DNA of 42,298 nucleotides from Acidobacteriota bacterium (GTDB lineage Bacteria; Acidobacteriota; Thermoanaerobaculia; Multivoradales; JAHZIX01): NCBI GenBank assembly GCA_020439725.1, contig JAGQSE010000170.1, positions 1 to 42,298 of the forward strand, read 5' to 3'. Shown piece by piece: positions 41,850 to 42,298 of this stretch (position 1 is its first letter; each line of letters starts with the position of its first letter). The notes under the pieces were generated by a model. It saw only the letters and a program-made list of their open reading frames with translations, ran no database searches and was not told where the DNA came from. The position numbers and the translations under genes were made by a program.

Positions 41850-42298
41850 TGAGAAGAGGGTGAAAGGGCAATGCCAGCACCGTATCCCCTGATCAACGCA
41901 GAAGCGGTGGTTTCGGCAGCCGGGATCACCTGACAGCAGGACTTCTTCTGTGCTTGGGGATCCTCGCCAATACCGAAAAGAGCGCTCAGTACTGTGTCCG
42001 GCGGTACAGAGCTTCGACCGCCGGGGTCTTGCTGACCCGCTTGAGGTACGGCACCAGAGAGGTCAGTCTACGCCGCTAAGTATTAAGCCACTGTTAAAAA
42101 TCTAGACTTTCTGGATGCACCGCGCCGGGGGTCGAGGGGGGCGGTCCCCCTCGCAAGATTAGGGCGTGTTTGCGCCCAGGCAATGGCAGCCGGACCCTGT
42201 CCGGTAGCCGAATTGCAATCTTGCCCCCTCCCGATCGTTGCAAAGGGAGGGGCCACCGCGCTGCTCGCTCTGTCTCGGCAACTTCACACTTTTGACAA
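41850..42298. other. candidate oriT / mob promoter region
   Basis: This ORF-free region lies upstream of mobC-relaxase. It has a YATCCTG-like string GTATCCCCTG (41882-41891). Hairpins are CGAGGGGG-gcggt-CCCCCTCG (42133-42153), CCGGAC-cct-GTCCGG (42190-42204) and CCCCTCCC-N12-GGGAGGGG (42225-42252). There is an AT-rich patch at about 42073-42120. Confidence 0.3.

Larger units (their letters stand above)
24..42298. mobile_element. tRNA-flanked mosaic genomic island with ICE/IME-type backbone genes; right boundary not in window
   Basis: The region starts immediately 3' of a tRNA. It contains a relaxase, MobC, two coupling-protein-like ATPases, Replic_Relax, a Xis-type HTH, an orphan methyltransferase, a DUF736-like protein, RadC and a TA pair. 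By eye there are AT-richer patches at about 3200-7150, 14100-17400 and 28100-33400. No integrase or att repeat was found in the window. Confidence 0.5.

Noticed and set aside
42172-42298. Possibility that the window is a circular molecule whose end joins the start to complete the tRNA (GCCCAGG at 42174-42180 matches the expected 5' acceptor arm)
   Set aside because: Joining ...ttttgacaa to ttcaattcc... does not supply the required GGCGG T-stem half. The sequence after GCCCAGG does not fold into D or anticodon arms. The match is a coincidental 7-mer.

Overview
All assignments below come from reading motifs by eye; no homology search, fold prediction or statistics were run.

This is a high-GC bacterial window. 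The domain repertoire suggests an environmental Myxococcota- or Acidobacteriota-like lineage, but that cannot be resolved here. The window begins inside the 3' end of a tRNA gene and reads as a mosaic genomic island.

Gene orientation falls into three strand blocks:
- 178-10410 is all minus.
- 10902-24695 is all plus.
- 24772-41849 is all minus.

Plasmid/ICE-type backbone genes occur in three separated patches:
- (a) 178-9721: DUF736-like protein, orphan DNA methyltransferase, Xis-type HTH, Replic_Relax protein, then a tightly coupled five-gene operon. That operon has four unrecognisable proteins and ends in a TraD/HerA-type ATPase.
- (b) 21422-24695: a RadC protein fused to an H-NS-like tail, a UPF0175/PIN toxin-antitoxin pair, and a TM-less TraG/VirD4-type coupling ATPase.
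- (c) 39996-42298: an acidic protein, a MobA/VirD2-type relaxase, MobC, and a hairpin-rich candidate oriT.

Between these patches lie two cargo blocks:
- 10902-21401 encodes two giant secreted multi-domain proteins (about 1430 and 1300 aa), a lipoprotein, a GspG-like pseudopilin and a helical-repeat protein.
- 24772-39733 looks like one long minus-strand unit. It runs ECF sigma factor, then two tandemly duplicated Ser/Thr kinase-TPR genes (with a decayed sigma-gene remnant between them), then a HEAT-like lipoprotein, then a 2512-aa PLC/SLH/Ig/DUF11/GEVED surface protein.

No integrase, VirB4-type ATPase, rRNA or CRISPR array is visible.

The best candidates for something undescribed are:
- the five-gene ATPase operon at 178-7154;
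- the sigma/kinase/HEAT/giant-protein unit;
- the RadC::H-NS fusion;
- the toxin-like C-terminal cassette plus lipoprotein at 14670-15740;
- two ORF-free structured intergenic regions at 9722-10248 and 10411-10600.
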